Of a DNA stretch of 64,000 nt, positions 17,928 to 26,691 are shown one piece after another. The position numbers were made by a program, and so were the translations under genes. Each line of letters opens with the position of its first letter. Within the stretch, counting starts at the first letter, position 1. This stretch comes from Anaerohalosphaeraceae bacterium (GTDB taxonomy: Bacteria; Planctomycetota; Phycisphaerae; Sedimentisphaerales; UBA12454). The notes below the pieces were generated by a model. It had not been told where the DNA came from. It ran no database searches and worked only from the letters and a program-made list of their open reading frames with translations. The stretch covers positions 5,660 through 69,659 of the forward strand of contig JAIORA010000019.1 in the NCBI GenBank assembly GCA_021108375.1. Direction: 5' to 3'.

Positions 17928-18470
17928 GTTAGCCCGCCTTGTCGTTTAGCCTCGGCCGGTACGACCGAGTTGTCATTCCCGCTTTTGCGGGAATCAATTA
18001 GTTAGCCCCCTGATCCATCGGGGGGTTCACGCTTATGTATTTTCTATTGCGTTCACACTGTCGATTAGCCCCCTCATCACTATGAGGGGGTTCGTGCTTA
18101 CATATTGTTTCTCCCGCCCACTTCGCCATTTAGCCCTTGGGTCTTGTCCCAGGGGTACCTGCAAATTGTTTATCATTTTCCCATCGTATAGTAGCCGAGC
18201 CGCGGGAGCGACCGGAATACTCTTTGTCATTGCGAGCGCAGCGTGGCAATCTCGTCCCATCCGCACAAGACTTTGTCATTTCGACCAACGTGGAGAAATC
18301 TAAGTTAGCCCCACATTTACAAATGTGGGGTTGCAGTTTACTTTTATCTTTTCACTTTTTTTAAAAATCTGTGTTTATCAGTGTCCATCTGTGGCTAAAT
18401 AAATAAAACGGGTCTCGGCCATAAGGCCGATTCCTCAACTCAAAACTCAAAACTACTCTTCACCGTGGCA
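17887..18470 (+). repeat. mosaic intergenic repeat zone 2 (forward orientation)
   Basis: Tandem ~63-65-nt TTAGCC-hairpin units start at ~18002, 18065 and 18130. The zone also holds tgtcattgcgagcgcagcgtggcaatc, the tgtcatttcgaccaacgtggagaaatctaagttagccccacatttacaaatgtgggg unit, AATCNGYG iterations and a ttcctcaactcaaaac module. Confidence 0.9.
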
Positions 18471-18883
18471 ATCTCAAGTTCGCTCGCTCGACTTTTGGAT
18501 ATGGCAGAGAGTACCAGCTGTGCATTTCGATAGGTTATATCCTTGTCGATTCTCAGCAGAATACTTTTAGAAGTGGAATCGGAGGTGTTTTTCGGCAGGC
18601 TTGCGTTTATCATTTTCGTTAGCCAATTGGAAACATTTCGAGAATCGCCGGAGGTTTTTTTAAATTTTTCAGTTCCCGCCGCGAAAATTACGGCATCATC
18701 TTTTTCATCTTTAAAGATACTTATAGCCAAAGCAGGGGCGTTTTCAGATTTCGTATTAGCGAAATTACAGTTAGTCGGCAGAAGCAATTCGATTCTTTCA
18801 TCGTTGCTACCCTGATAGACTACTATCAGAAAAATTATCAGCAGAAACACTATATCGATAACTGGCGTGAGATTAACTTTCAT
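18440..18883 (-). CDS. exbD: ExbD/TolR family biopolymer transport protein
   Basis: MKVNLTPVIDIVFLLIIFLIVV is the ExbD/TolR signature. The start is ambiguous: ATG at 18883, or ATG at 18913, or TTG at 18934. The last ~7 codons and the stop lie in a repeat module. Confidence 0.85.
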   Translation of the reverse strand: MKVNLTPVIDIVFLLIIFLIVVYQGSNDERIELLLPTNCNFANTKSENAPALAISIFKDEKDDAVIFAAGTEKFKKTSGDSRNVSNWLTKMINASLPKNTSDSTSKSILLRIDKDITYRNAQLVLSAISKSRASELEIATVKSSFEF

Positions 18884-19742
18884 TTTTGCCCTGTCCGATA
18901 TTTGAATTGCCATCGACAGATTTTTTAATTTCAACGATAATCATTTCAGTTTCGACAGCAGCTTCGGCGACGATAGATTCGATATTATTTTTGAAAATGC
19001 TGTGAATACCCAGCGCCGGTATCGCTATCAGCAGTCCCCAGAAAGTAGTTACCAGTGCAACGCTTATGCCGTCAGCCATTTGTTCTGGCCTTGGCGACCC
19101 GCCGGAAATGACGATGCTGTTAAACAATTTTATCATTCCGAACACAGTGCCGAAAAGTCCAATCATTGGCGAGATATTGCCTATTATGCCGACCCATTCG
19201 ATTTTCCGAATCAGTCTTAGCGACTGTTCCTCCAGCGATTCACTCACGACGTTTTGCAGTTGTAGCTGGAGATGAATCTGCTCTGTCGAGCCAGCCATAT
19301 ACATCGCCGCTCTTGATACAGCGGCACTCACCATATCTTTGTTCTGCGATAAGTTCTCTGTGAGGTTGCCGCAGCCGTTATTTCTTATATGTTTTATAAT
19401 ACCCGCGCCGAAATTTTTCGGGAGCAGCTTTTTGCGTCTTATTATAAAGCAATAGCTCAGCGTAAGATGAATCATAACAATCGAGAGCGGCAGGAGAACG
19501 AACCAGACGATGGGCCCGCCGGAAAGGACAAACTGCGTGAAGAAAGTTTTTTCGCTTGCGACCTCGGCCGAACCGGACGATTTTTTCATCAGCATCCCGG
19601 CCAGCGCACAGACAAACGCCAGCGCGACGATTAAAGTTATGATTTTAATTTTGCTGTTTTTACTCAATCTCGATGTACCTTTCAATTTTTGGTTTGGCGA
19701 TAAGCGTAAAGCTGCCTTGCGAATTTTCAGCAATGTCGGCAA
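18873..19742 (-). CDS. exbB: MotA/TolQ/ExbB proton-channel family protein
   Basis: GNISPMIGLFGTVFGMI...ADGISVALVTTFWGLLIAIPA is the conserved TolQ/ExbB core. The ORF-track start at 19742 is a TTG that overlaps the upstream gene by 83 nt. The ATG at 19595 (MLMKKSS...) is an equally plausible start. Confidence 0.85.
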   Translation of the reverse strand: MPTLLKIRKAALRLSPNQKLKGTSRLSKNSKIKIITLIVALAFVCALAGMLMKKSSGSAEVASEKTFFTQFVLSGGPIVWFVLLPLSIVMIHLTLSYCFIIRRKKLLPKNFGAGIIKHIRNNGCGNLTENLSQNKDMVSAAVSRAAMYMAGSTEQIHLQLQLQNVVSESLEEQSLRLIRKIEWVGIIGNISPMIGLFGTVFGMIKLFNSIVISGGSPRPEQMADGISVALVTTFWGLLIAIPALGIHSIFKNNIESIVAEAAVETEMIIVEIKKSVDGNSNIGQGKNES

Positions 19743-20592
19743 GTATGACGCAATCAGAAGGTTTTGTCCAGAACCCGATGGTATTTATTATCGTTTTCGG
19801 GCAATATGTTTTTCTCTGTTTCTCAATCGCCTGCGAAAAATAATAACTCCCGGCCGTCTCCGTTAAATCGAATCCGTCGGTCAGCAGGTAGATGACTTCC
19901 GGGCTGTCCCCGAGAGAATCTTTTACGCTGAACGCCTTTTTCAGAGCATCTGGTGCGTTTGTTTTTCCGCCAGGGTTGACCGAGTCTATGAAGTTAAACG
20001 CCTTGGCTTTGGACACGGGGTAGGCACGCGTCATTTTGGCGGAGCTGAACTCGTAGAGTTGGTCGTTACCGAAAAAAATTATGCTAAAATACTGATTGGG
20101 CATGAGATTGTTTATAGAGCTTTTTAGCCTTTGTTTAACTCTTAAAAAGATGCCCTGCATACTGCCGGATGAGTCAACGACATAGCAGATTTTTTTCTTC
20201 TTGGCCTCTGCTCCAAAAAATTCTGTTGCTGCCATTGCCGTATTTTCCAGCGGTTCGTATGACGGGCTTGATGCGAGTGTTTTGATTGATTCGTTTATTG
20301 GAGTTGTGATTGCGGTTGCGTTGGCTTGTTCGGCGGCCAGAGCGGGGGGGCGATTAGCTGTTTCGGTAGCAGTGCTTTGCCTGCGAACTTTTGGTATTGG
20401 CAGCAGTTTCGGCGATTCTATCAGATTTTTAACCGCCTGTATTTTTGCTGATGGCTTGCTCTCTGTGGTCGGGCTGGGTTGATAATCTGATATCCCGAAA
20501 AGAGTTGCAGCCGCCAGCAGCACAGCGTGAAAACACAGCGAAATCGCGAGTGTCAAAATTGTCAACCGGACTTTTTTTTCTTTACTCGCCAT
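19660..20592 (-). CDS. membrane-anchored von Willebrand factor A (VWA) domain protein
   Basis: 310 aa with an N-terminal TM (LTILTLAISLCFHAVLLAAATLF) and a Pro/Ser/Thr/Ala-rich linker. The VWA domain has an intact MIDAS motif (VVDSSGSM ... GGKTN ... LLTDG). Confidence 0.8.
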   Translation of the reverse strand: MASKEKKVRLTILTLAISLCFHAVLLAAATLFGISDYQPSPTTESKPSAKIQAVKNLIESPKLLPIPKVRRQSTATETANRPPALAAEQANATAITTPINESIKTLASSPSYEPLENTAMAATEFFGAEAKKKKICYVVDSSGSMQGIFLRVKQRLKSSINNLMPNQYFSIIFFGNDQLYEFSSAKMTRAYPVSKAKAFNFIDSVNPGGKTNAPDALKKAFSVKDSLGDSPEVIYLLTDGFDLTETAGSYYFSQAIEKQRKTYCPKTIINTIGFWTKPSDCVILADIAENSQGSFTLIAKPKIERYIEIE

Positions 20593-20769
20593 TGCAATCT
20601 CAATTTTTCAAACCTTTCCCACCGTATAGTAGCCGAGCCGTGTGAGCGGCCGGAATACTTGTTGTCATTGCGAGCGCAGCGTGGCAATCCATTTTTCTGC
20701 ATCTTATTTTTTAATCAGTGCAATCTGCGAAATCAGCGTTTAATAATTTGTCATTGCGTCACAGCCGTA
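20593..20769 (+). repeat. mosaic intergenic repeat zone 3 (forward)
   Basis: ccgtatagtagccgagccgtgtgagcggccggaatacttgttgtcattgcgagcgcagcgtggcaatcc, followed by aatcagtgcaatctgcgaaatcagcg iterations. Confidence 0.85.
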
Positions 20770-21828
20770 CTATTCAACAGTCCTGACTTCGGATTCACCT
20801 GGCTCCATCATATTATAAACCTCTATCAACTCGCCGTTAAAAAGGCGGACGCAGCCTCGTGAGCTTTTTGTGCCTATGCTGGTTTCGTCTTTTGTTCCGT
20901 GCAGAGCTATGCCGGTTATACCCTTGGTTCTCGGGCCTGTTCCTTCAAGACCAATCCACCCTGAGCCGAGCGGATAATCGGGGTCGTTGGAATTATATGT
21001 CTGTCCGGTGTCGGGGTCTGTCCAGGTCGGCGAGATGAGCTTACCGCCAATTTCCGTCCGCCACCTGCCGATGGGTGTGTTCTTACCCTCCTTGCCGAGT
21101 CCGACGCGATACGTTTTGATATACATATTCTGCAAATACAAATCCATCGTAAATGACGAACAGTAAATAATGCAGTGGAAAGGCCCGTTAACGACCTTGA
21201 TATTCTGCCCAACCTGCAGCGCTCGCTCGTTAGTTATATTATTGATTCTCATTATAAATTCGTAAGGAATTTTGTGTCGTTTGGCAATCGCCGAAAGTAT
21301 ATCGCCGCTCTGCACTTTATATGTTGTGCAGAGTCCATCGCCCAAAAGTACCGTTCTGTCAAAGAGCCAGTCGCCTGCCAGCAGGGTCATTTGTTTTTTT
21401 ATATTGTTCCGCAATTCGCCGGTAAGCGGCATATTGAGAACGTCGTTAAGCGTATCCCTTGCCGCTATGATTCTGCCTGTTTTTATATCGTCTGCGGCAT
21501 CTTTAAGCAGAGCCATAACCCGCTCACCGACCTGCCCATTGGCATCAGAAACGATATTGCTGTATTCTGACGGGCTTTGCGTTTCGCTATCTTTTGGCCA
21601 GGCGGTGTTAAGTGGCTGGCTGTATCGTTCTGCCGTTTCAGTATATTCAGCAGGCTGTTTTACGGGTTGGGTTTGCGTTGCAACGGGAGCGGTCTCTGTT
21701 TGTTCTTTATTTTTAAGCGGATTGAAAAAGAAAAACAGTATCGCTGCGATGACCACCACAATAACGCCGTAATAAAAAAGGGCTTTGCGTCTTTGATTTC
21801 TGTAAGAGCTGTAACCTGATATTGCCAT
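20770..21828 (-). CDS. L,D-transpeptidase with LysM domain (YkuD family)
   Basis: N-terminal TM, a LysM domain (YKVQSGDILSAIAKRHKIPYEFIMRINNI...LQVGQNIKV) and the YkuD catalytic motif HGT...SRGCVRL. Confidence 0.85.
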   Translation of the reverse strand: MAISGYSSYRNQRRKALFYYGVIVVVIAAILFFFFNPLKNKEQTETAPVATQTQPVKQPAEYTETAERYSQPLNTAWPKDSETQSPSEYSNIVSDANGQVGERVMALLKDAADDIKTGRIIAARDTLNDVLNMPLTGELRNNIKKQMTLLAGDWLFDRTVLLGDGLCTTYKVQSGDILSAIAKRHKIPYEFIMRINNITNERALQVGQNIKVVNGPFHCIIYCSSFTMDLYLQNMYIKTYRVGLGKEGKNTPIGRWRTEIGGKLISPTWTDPDTGQTYNSNDPDYPLGSGWIGLEGTGPRTKGITGIALHGTKDETSIGTKSSRGCVRLFNGELIEVYNMMEPGESEVRTVE

Positions 21829-21962
21829 TTAGAGATTTCCTCGAAATATAGTTCTTATATTTTTAAAATCCGCGAAATCTGCGGTTAAAACAATTCGTAA
21901 TAATCTGTGTTAATCCGTGTCTAAAGTCTCTGTGAACTCTGTGTTCTCCGTGGCTATTTCCC
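21829..21962 (+). repeat. repeat zone 4: iterated AATCNGYG-type units (forward)
   Basis: aaaatccgcgaaatctgcggttaaaacaattcgtaataatctgtgttaatccgtgtctaaagtctctgtgaactctgtgttctccgtggcta. Confidence 0.8.
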
Positions 21963-22535
21963 TTAATCTTCGTTAAAGCGCAGAACTTCTTTATCCGTAA
22001 CTATCATATCGACCGGCTGGTCGTGTTCAAATGTCGGAACTTTTTCAACTACCTGTTCTGAAAAAGCAAATCCGCATCGGACAGCTCTCAGATTTTTGTT
22101 CTGAAAAAATCTGTCATAATACGACCCGCCTCTGCCGAGCCTGTTGCCTTTGTCATCAAAGGCCAGTCCGGGAGTTATAACCAAATCGATATCGTTCATC
22201 GGAACCGGCACTCCGGTAACAGGGTTTCTCAATCCGCCAGCTTCGGTGGCGAGTCCGGTTTCCAGCGAATTTATTTCGACCGGAATCATATGCCTCTGCT
22301 GCCAGGACACTTTAGGCACAGCAATAGTTTTCGCGTGCTGCCACGAGTAAAGTATAAAAGGGGTAGTATCAGTTTCCTTAGGCAGAGACAAAAATGCCAT
22401 TATGATATTTGCGTTTTGAAATTCCTCGGACTCAATCAGTTTTTTACAGGCCATCTGACTCTTATCGAGAATTTGCTGCGGACTCATATTATAAAGTTTA
22501 GCCCGAATTTGCTGCCTGAGCTGCTGCTTATCCAT
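21963..22535 (-). CDS. 5-formyltetrahydrofolate cyclo-ligase
   Basis: 190 aa. The family motif is NRLGRGGSYYDRF, and the N-terminal segment is KQQLRQQIRAKL. Confidence 0.85.
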   Translation of the reverse strand: MDKQQLRQQIRAKLYNMSPQQILDKSQMACKKLIESEEFQNANIIMAFLSLPKETDTTPFILYSWQHAKTIAVPKVSWQQRHMIPVEINSLETGLATEAGGLRNPVTGVPVPMNDIDLVITPGLAFDDKGNRLGRGGSYYDRFFQNKNLRAVRCGFAFSEQVVEKVPTFEHDQPVDMIVTDKEVLRFNED

Positions 22536-22577
22536 TTATCACCCTTCCGATGGACTCCAAACTACTTTAATCGGTTT

Positions 22578-23939
22578 TTACGTATCCGAATCGCTATCTT
22601 TTATCAGAATTTCAAGCTTTTGTAAATAATCGTTGATAATTTTTTCTCTTCCCCGGTTTACGGGCTTGTAATACTGGCCCGCCTTTTTGCCTGGCAGGTA
22701 TTCCTGGGCTACAAAACCCTCAGGCCAATCGTGGGGATACTTGTATTCTGTCCCAAAACCTTCCTTTTTTGCCCCTGCATAGTGAGAATCTTTCAGATGT
22801 CTGGGTACGCCGATAGTTCTTTTGTTTTTGGTATCTGCCAGTGCCGCCGCTATTGCCTTGGCACTGGCGTTCGATTTGGGAGCGCAGGCTACGTAAATTG
22901 CCGCCTGTGCAAGGGGTAGTTGTGCCTCTGGAAACCCCACAAACTCAGCTATTTGCACCGCTGCCGCTGCCAATATGGTTGCCGCCGGGTCTGCGTTGCC
23001 GACATCCTCCGCCGCACAAATTGCGATTCTGCGTGCGATAAACCTTGGGTCTTCGCCGGAAGCGATAAGCCTTGCCAGCCAGTAAACGGCCGCATCCGGG
23101 TCTGAGCCGCGCATACTCTTTTGGAGTGCGCTCGCAAGGTCGTAATGGCTGTCGCCGGACGGGTCGAAATGTATATGCTTTTGACTGATGGATTCTTTGG
23201 CGATTTCGAGGTCGAATTTTATGGTCTTTTCGCCGGTGTTTTTCTGGCTCATAACGCCCACTTCCAGCGCGGTAAGTGCTTTGCGTCCGTCGCCATCGCT
23301 CATTATCGCGACATAGGCCAGAGCTTCCTGGCTGGTTTGAACGTCAAGACTGCCGAGTCCGCGAACCCTGTCGCTGAGGGCCTTTTTCATAAGCTCGATT
23401 ATATCGTCTTTGCTCAGCGGGCTGAACCGGAAGATGGTACTGCGGGAAATCAATGGCGAGTTGATAGCGAAATATGGATTTTCGGTCGTCGCGCCGACAA
23501 GGGTTATTATCCCCGTTTCGACATCGTTTAAAAGCACATCCTGCTGAGCCTTGTTAAAACGGTGGATTTCGTCAATGAACAATACCGTTTTGGTTTTCGT
23601 GGTGATTAGCAGGTCTTTGGCCTTGGCCGCGATTGAGCGGATGTCGCTGACCGTCGCGGCGGGCGCACTCAAATAACGAAATTTTGCGTTTATCGTATTT
23701 GCGATTACCGCCGCCAGCGAGGTTTTTCCCACTCCGGGCGGGCCGTAGAAAATTACGCTGGAAAGGCTCTGCGCGTCGAGCATTCTCCGCAGGAGTTTGC
23801 CGGGGCCGATGAAATCTCGTTGCCCGAAAAAGTCATCGAGTGTTCTCGGCCTCATCCGTGCCGCCAACGGCCCGTCCGAAGCGAGCCGAGCGTTTTCAGC
23901 TTCGGCAAAAAGGGATTTGTCGTCGTTTTTGTTGAGCAT
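22578..23939 (-). CDS. rarA: replication-associated recombination protein A (RarA/MgsA AAA+ ATPase)
   Basis: GPPGVGKTSLA Walker A, LFIDEIHRFNK, GATTENPYF and the C-terminal MgsA domain (DAAVYWLARL...GEDP). I prefer the ATG at 23939. The ORF-track start at 24005 adds 22 aa. Confidence 0.9.
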   Translation of the reverse strand: MLNKNDDKSLFAEAENARLASDGPLAARMRPRTLDDFFGQRDFIGPGKLLRRMLDAQSLSSVIFYGPPGVGKTSLAAVIANTINAKFRYLSAPAATVSDIRSIAAKAKDLLITTKTKTVLFIDEIHRFNKAQQDVLLNDVETGIITLVGATTENPYFAINSPLISRSTIFRFSPLSKDDIIELMKKALSDRVRGLGSLDVQTSQEALAYVAIMSDGDGRKALTALEVGVMSQKNTGEKTIKFDLEIAKESISQKHIHFDPSGDSHYDLASALQKSMRGSDPDAAVYWLARLIASGEDPRFIARRIAICAAEDVGNADPAATILAAAAVQIAEFVGFPEAQLPLAQAAIYVACAPKSNASAKAIAAALADTKNKRTIGVPRHLKDSHYAGAKKEGFGTEYKYPHDWPEGFVAQEYLPGKKAGQYYKPVNRGREKIINDYLQKLEILIKDSDSDT

Positions 23940-24005
23940 TCCAGCATTATAACGCCTTAGCTGGATATTTGTCGAGATTCTTTTATTGTTGCGGCAATCT
24001 ATCAC

Positions 24006-24304
24006 CGTTCACATCGCCATTAGCCCCTGGGTCTTGTCCCAGGGGTGTCTGCATATTGTCTATCCCGCTCGCACAGGACTTATGTCATTTCGACCAACGC
24101 GGAGAAATCTGTTTAACCCCACATTTGTAAATGTGGGGTTGCAGTTTACTTTATTTTTCATTTTTTAAAATCAGTGCAATCCTTCGGCTGCGCTCAGGAC
24201 AAGCCTGCGAAATCCGCGGTTAAAATAATCTGTGTAAATCTGTGTTCTCTGTAACCTGGCAATTTGTGATAGCCGCCAATGGGTATAGATTTTCTTGAAT
24301 TGCT
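24006..24304 (+). repeat. mosaic intergenic repeat zone 5 (forward)
   Basis: A TTAGCC hairpin (ttagcccctgggtcttgtcccaggggt), the tgtcatttcgaccaacgcggagaaatc...ccccacatttgtaaatgtgggg unit and AATCNGYG iterations. Confidence 0.9.
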
Positions 24305-25387
24305 CTAAGCCAGTTGTTCTTCAGCGGCATCAAAGACTTTGACGATGTTTTTGCCGGCCTCTTTAGCTTTATAAAGTGCGCGGTCGCTGAATTTTGTTAC
24401 TTCTTCGGGACACATATGTCCGTCATATTCCCCAACGCCGACACTTATAGAGAGTTGTATTTTGTGCCTTTCCCATACTATCGGCGAGTTCGAGACCGCC
24501 TCTGCCATACGGTTGGCTACTGACAGGGCATCGCTTACCGAGGTGCTCGGCAGTATTATTGCGAATTCGTCCCCGCCGTAACGGGCTGCCGTATCAATGT
24601 TCCGTATGCAGGACATTATTTTTCTGCTGACGCGCTTAATCACCATATCGCCCGCCCGGTGTCCATAATTGTCGTTTACCGGCTTGAGATTATCGATATC
24701 GACCATTATGATGGACAATTGTCCGCCGTGCCGCTGGTGCCGCAACAGTTCTGTTTCGAGAATCTGATAGAACGTACGGTGATTGACCAGGCCGGTAAGT
24801 CCATCTGTTTTGGCCAAATGCTGTGTTTTTTCGAAAAGTTTTATATTACCTATCGATGAACCGACAAGATACCTGAATAATTCTACTAAAGCAATATCGT
24901 CATCAGAGAATCGCTCGGAACCGATTTTGTCAGCCAGGTTCAAAACTCCGACAACCATCTTCTGGCATATCAGTGGGGCGATTATGCAGCTGTTCGATTC
25001 ATAATTTCTGGAGAACTGGCGGTCACTACTCCTTATGACCGGCTTCTTATGACGGTTTATATTTTCTATTACCATCAAATCTTTGCTCCTGACCGCCTTT
25101 ATCATTGGTGAACGGCTGGCCTGATTGAGCGAAACTATATTGTTAATCAGGAACGGATGATTGTGGTTTTCCAGATGCAGCATATCGCTGACTTCATCGA
25201 GAATGTACAGGGATGCGTACTTGGTACCGACGAGTTGAGGGAGTTCCTCGATGCAGATTTTGCCAATTTGCTTTATGTCGAGACAATTTATCTGTTGCAC
25301 CAGAGGGGTTATTTTCTGCAAATCCTGACGATTCGGAGAATTCTGGCTGTCATTAGAGGCATTGAGATTTAAGCTGCCTTTGTCCAT
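24305..25387 (-). CDS. GAF domain-containing diguanylate cyclase (GGDEF)
   Basis: 360 aa with an N-terminal GAF-like domain. The GGDEF domain has an intact active site (RYGGDEFAIIL) and an RxxD I-site five residues upstream (RNID). Confidence 0.9.
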   Translation of the reverse strand: MDKGSLNLNASNDSQNSPNRQDLQKITPLVQQINCLDIKQIGKICIEELPQLVGTKYASLYILDEVSDMLHLENHNHPFLINNIVSLNQASRSPMIKAVRSKDLMVIENINRHKKPVIRSSDRQFSRNYESNSCIIAPLICQKMVVGVLNLADKIGSERFSDDDIALVELFRYLVGSSIGNIKLFEKTQHLAKTDGLTGLVNHRTFYQILETELLRHQRHGGQLSIIMVDIDNLKPVNDNYGHRAGDMVIKRVSRKIMSCIRNIDTAARYGGDEFAIILPSTSVSDALSVANRMAEAVSNSPIVWERHKIQLSISVGVGEYDGHMCPEEVTKFSDRALYKAKEAGKNIVKVFDAAEEQLA

Positions 25388-25599
25388 TTACTGTAATCCT
25401 TGCTTATACAAGATTATTGCGGGTTTCTATATATACTCTTTTCAACATTTATATCGGGGATTTATGGCAGGGGGTTTTGCAAAAAAGGCCATTTACGAAA
25501 GAATTTTTTCAGGAATTTGCCGAAAACCTTGAAAAGCTGATATTTCTGAAAAACCGGCATTTTTTCCGTTAAATCACCTGTTACAGTGGCAAAATACGC

Positions 25600-26120
25600 G
25601 TTATGTCATTGCGAGGCGGTTTCATCGCCGCGGCAATCTTATTTAGCCCCTGGGTCTTGTCCCAAGGGTATCCACGAATGGTTTGTGTCTTTCCCATTGC
25701 ATAGAAGCCGAGCGACGTAAGTCGCCGGAATAGTTAGCCCTGCCATTACTATGGCAGGGTTGTTTTACGAATAGTTTTTCGCATTCACACCGACTTTGTC
25801 ATTTAGCCCCTTGATTCATCAGGGGGTTTGTATCATTGCGAGGCCTTGTTTTTTATTAAAAAATCCATCCCGATTCATCGGGATTCATCAACTCAAAACT
25901 AAAAACTCAAGACTCATAACTACTCTTTGCCGTGGCAATCTATCTCATTTGTGTTTATTCGTGTGCATTCGTGGTTAATTTCTTTTGTCATACCCGCGCA
26001 AGCGGGTATCCATTTTTTTGTATCTTGTTTTAAAATCAGTGCAATCAGTGTCTAAAAACTCCGTGTCCTCTGTGACTATTCATAAAATCCGTGTCCATTC
26101 GTGTCTAAAATCTTTGTGCA
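25600..26120 (+). repeat. mosaic intergenic repeat zone 6 (forward)
   Basis: tgtcattgcgagg...gcaatc, three TTAGCC hairpins (~25643, 25734, 25804), a catcaactcaaaactaaaaactcaagactcataacta module, the tgtcatacccgcgcaagcgggtatcc hairpin and AATCNGYG iterations. Confidence 0.9.
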
Positions 26121-26174
26121 AGCCTTCAAATCCAAAAAAAATCAAAAAAAATCACTTTTTTCTTAAAAAAATCG

Positions 26175-26203
26175 TTGACTACCAATGAAACAACTTTTAT
26201 ATT
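26175..26203 (+). promoter_or_regulatory. sigma-70-like promoter for the merR-like/flhG/fliA operon
   Basis: TTGACT, a 17-nt spacer, then TATATT. A-tracts precede it (caaaaaaaatcaaaaaaaatcac). Confidence 0.5.
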
Positions 26204-26342
26204 TTATAAAACGTAAAAGCTGTTTTTTAAAGCTCTCTGAAATGATGTTAAAGGACCTTGGCTTTTTGGCTGATTCTTATAGGTCTTTTGAAAGAATTAT
26301 TTTTGGCAGGATTGTTTTAGGAGTTACATTTTTTTTGCTTTG

Positions 26343-26657
26343 ATGGAAGGTATTTTTAAAAAGGTTTTTTTGATGCTCGATTCTCAGTTTGCTGCTTCTA
26401 CCAAAAACGTTCACAAGGGATTTGAAATTCCTGTAAAGCTCTACCGCATTGGCGAGATAGTTCGCTACACGCCTTATTCACGTCAGACGATTCACAATTA
26501 TACGATTATGGGTCTTATCAAAGAGGCCAAATGGACTGAAGGGGGGCATCGTTTGTATGACGAGTCTGTCTTTGAAAGGCTTTCGCAGATAACGGAACTC
26601 AGAAAAAATAATACGCTTGGCGAAATAATGGAAAAGCTCGGCTCACAGAACAACTAA
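26343..26657 (+). CDS. MerR family helix-turn-helix transcriptional regulator (small)
   Basis: YRIGEIVRYTPYSRQTIHNYTIMGLI...GGHRLYDESVFERL matches the MerR HTH pattern. The start is uncertain: TTG at 26340, ATG at 26343 or ATG at 26376. Confidence 0.65.
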   Translation: MEGIFKKVFLMLDSQFAASTKNVHKGFEIPVKLYRIGEIVRYTPYSRQTIHNYTIMGLIKEAKWTEGGHRLYDESVFERLSQITELRKNNTLGEIMEKLGSQNN

Positions 26658-26691
26658 TAGAACAGCCCTTTAATTACAAGGAAAGTAAAGA

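Noticed and set aside
17990-18200. Possible CRISPR array, because ~63-65-nt units alternate conserved and variable segments (also at 29190-29360 and 33700-33975).
   Set aside because: The variable parts are themselves palindromes and recur at other loci, so they are not unique spacers. The conserved parts are only ~70-85% similar. Arrays have just 2-4 units, and no cas genes or leader are present. This is a REP/BIME-like mosaic, not CRISPR.
18033-18364. ORF-track entries 18033-18266(-), 18082-18303(+) and 18137-18364(+). Similar ORFs are 20527-20862(+), 25796-26188(+), 28960-29298(-), 29598-29909(+), 31303-31692(-) and 36187-36453(+). Two of them even share the peptide MTKSIP..ARLLYDGKMINNLQVP.GQDP.
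   Set aside because: They lie entirely within the hairpin/repeat mosaics and overlap one another in several frames. They lack Shine-Dalgarno sequences, and their shared 'peptides' are simply translations of the same repeat modules. The ~63-nt unit length keeps frames open by chance. They are spurious rather than real genes.
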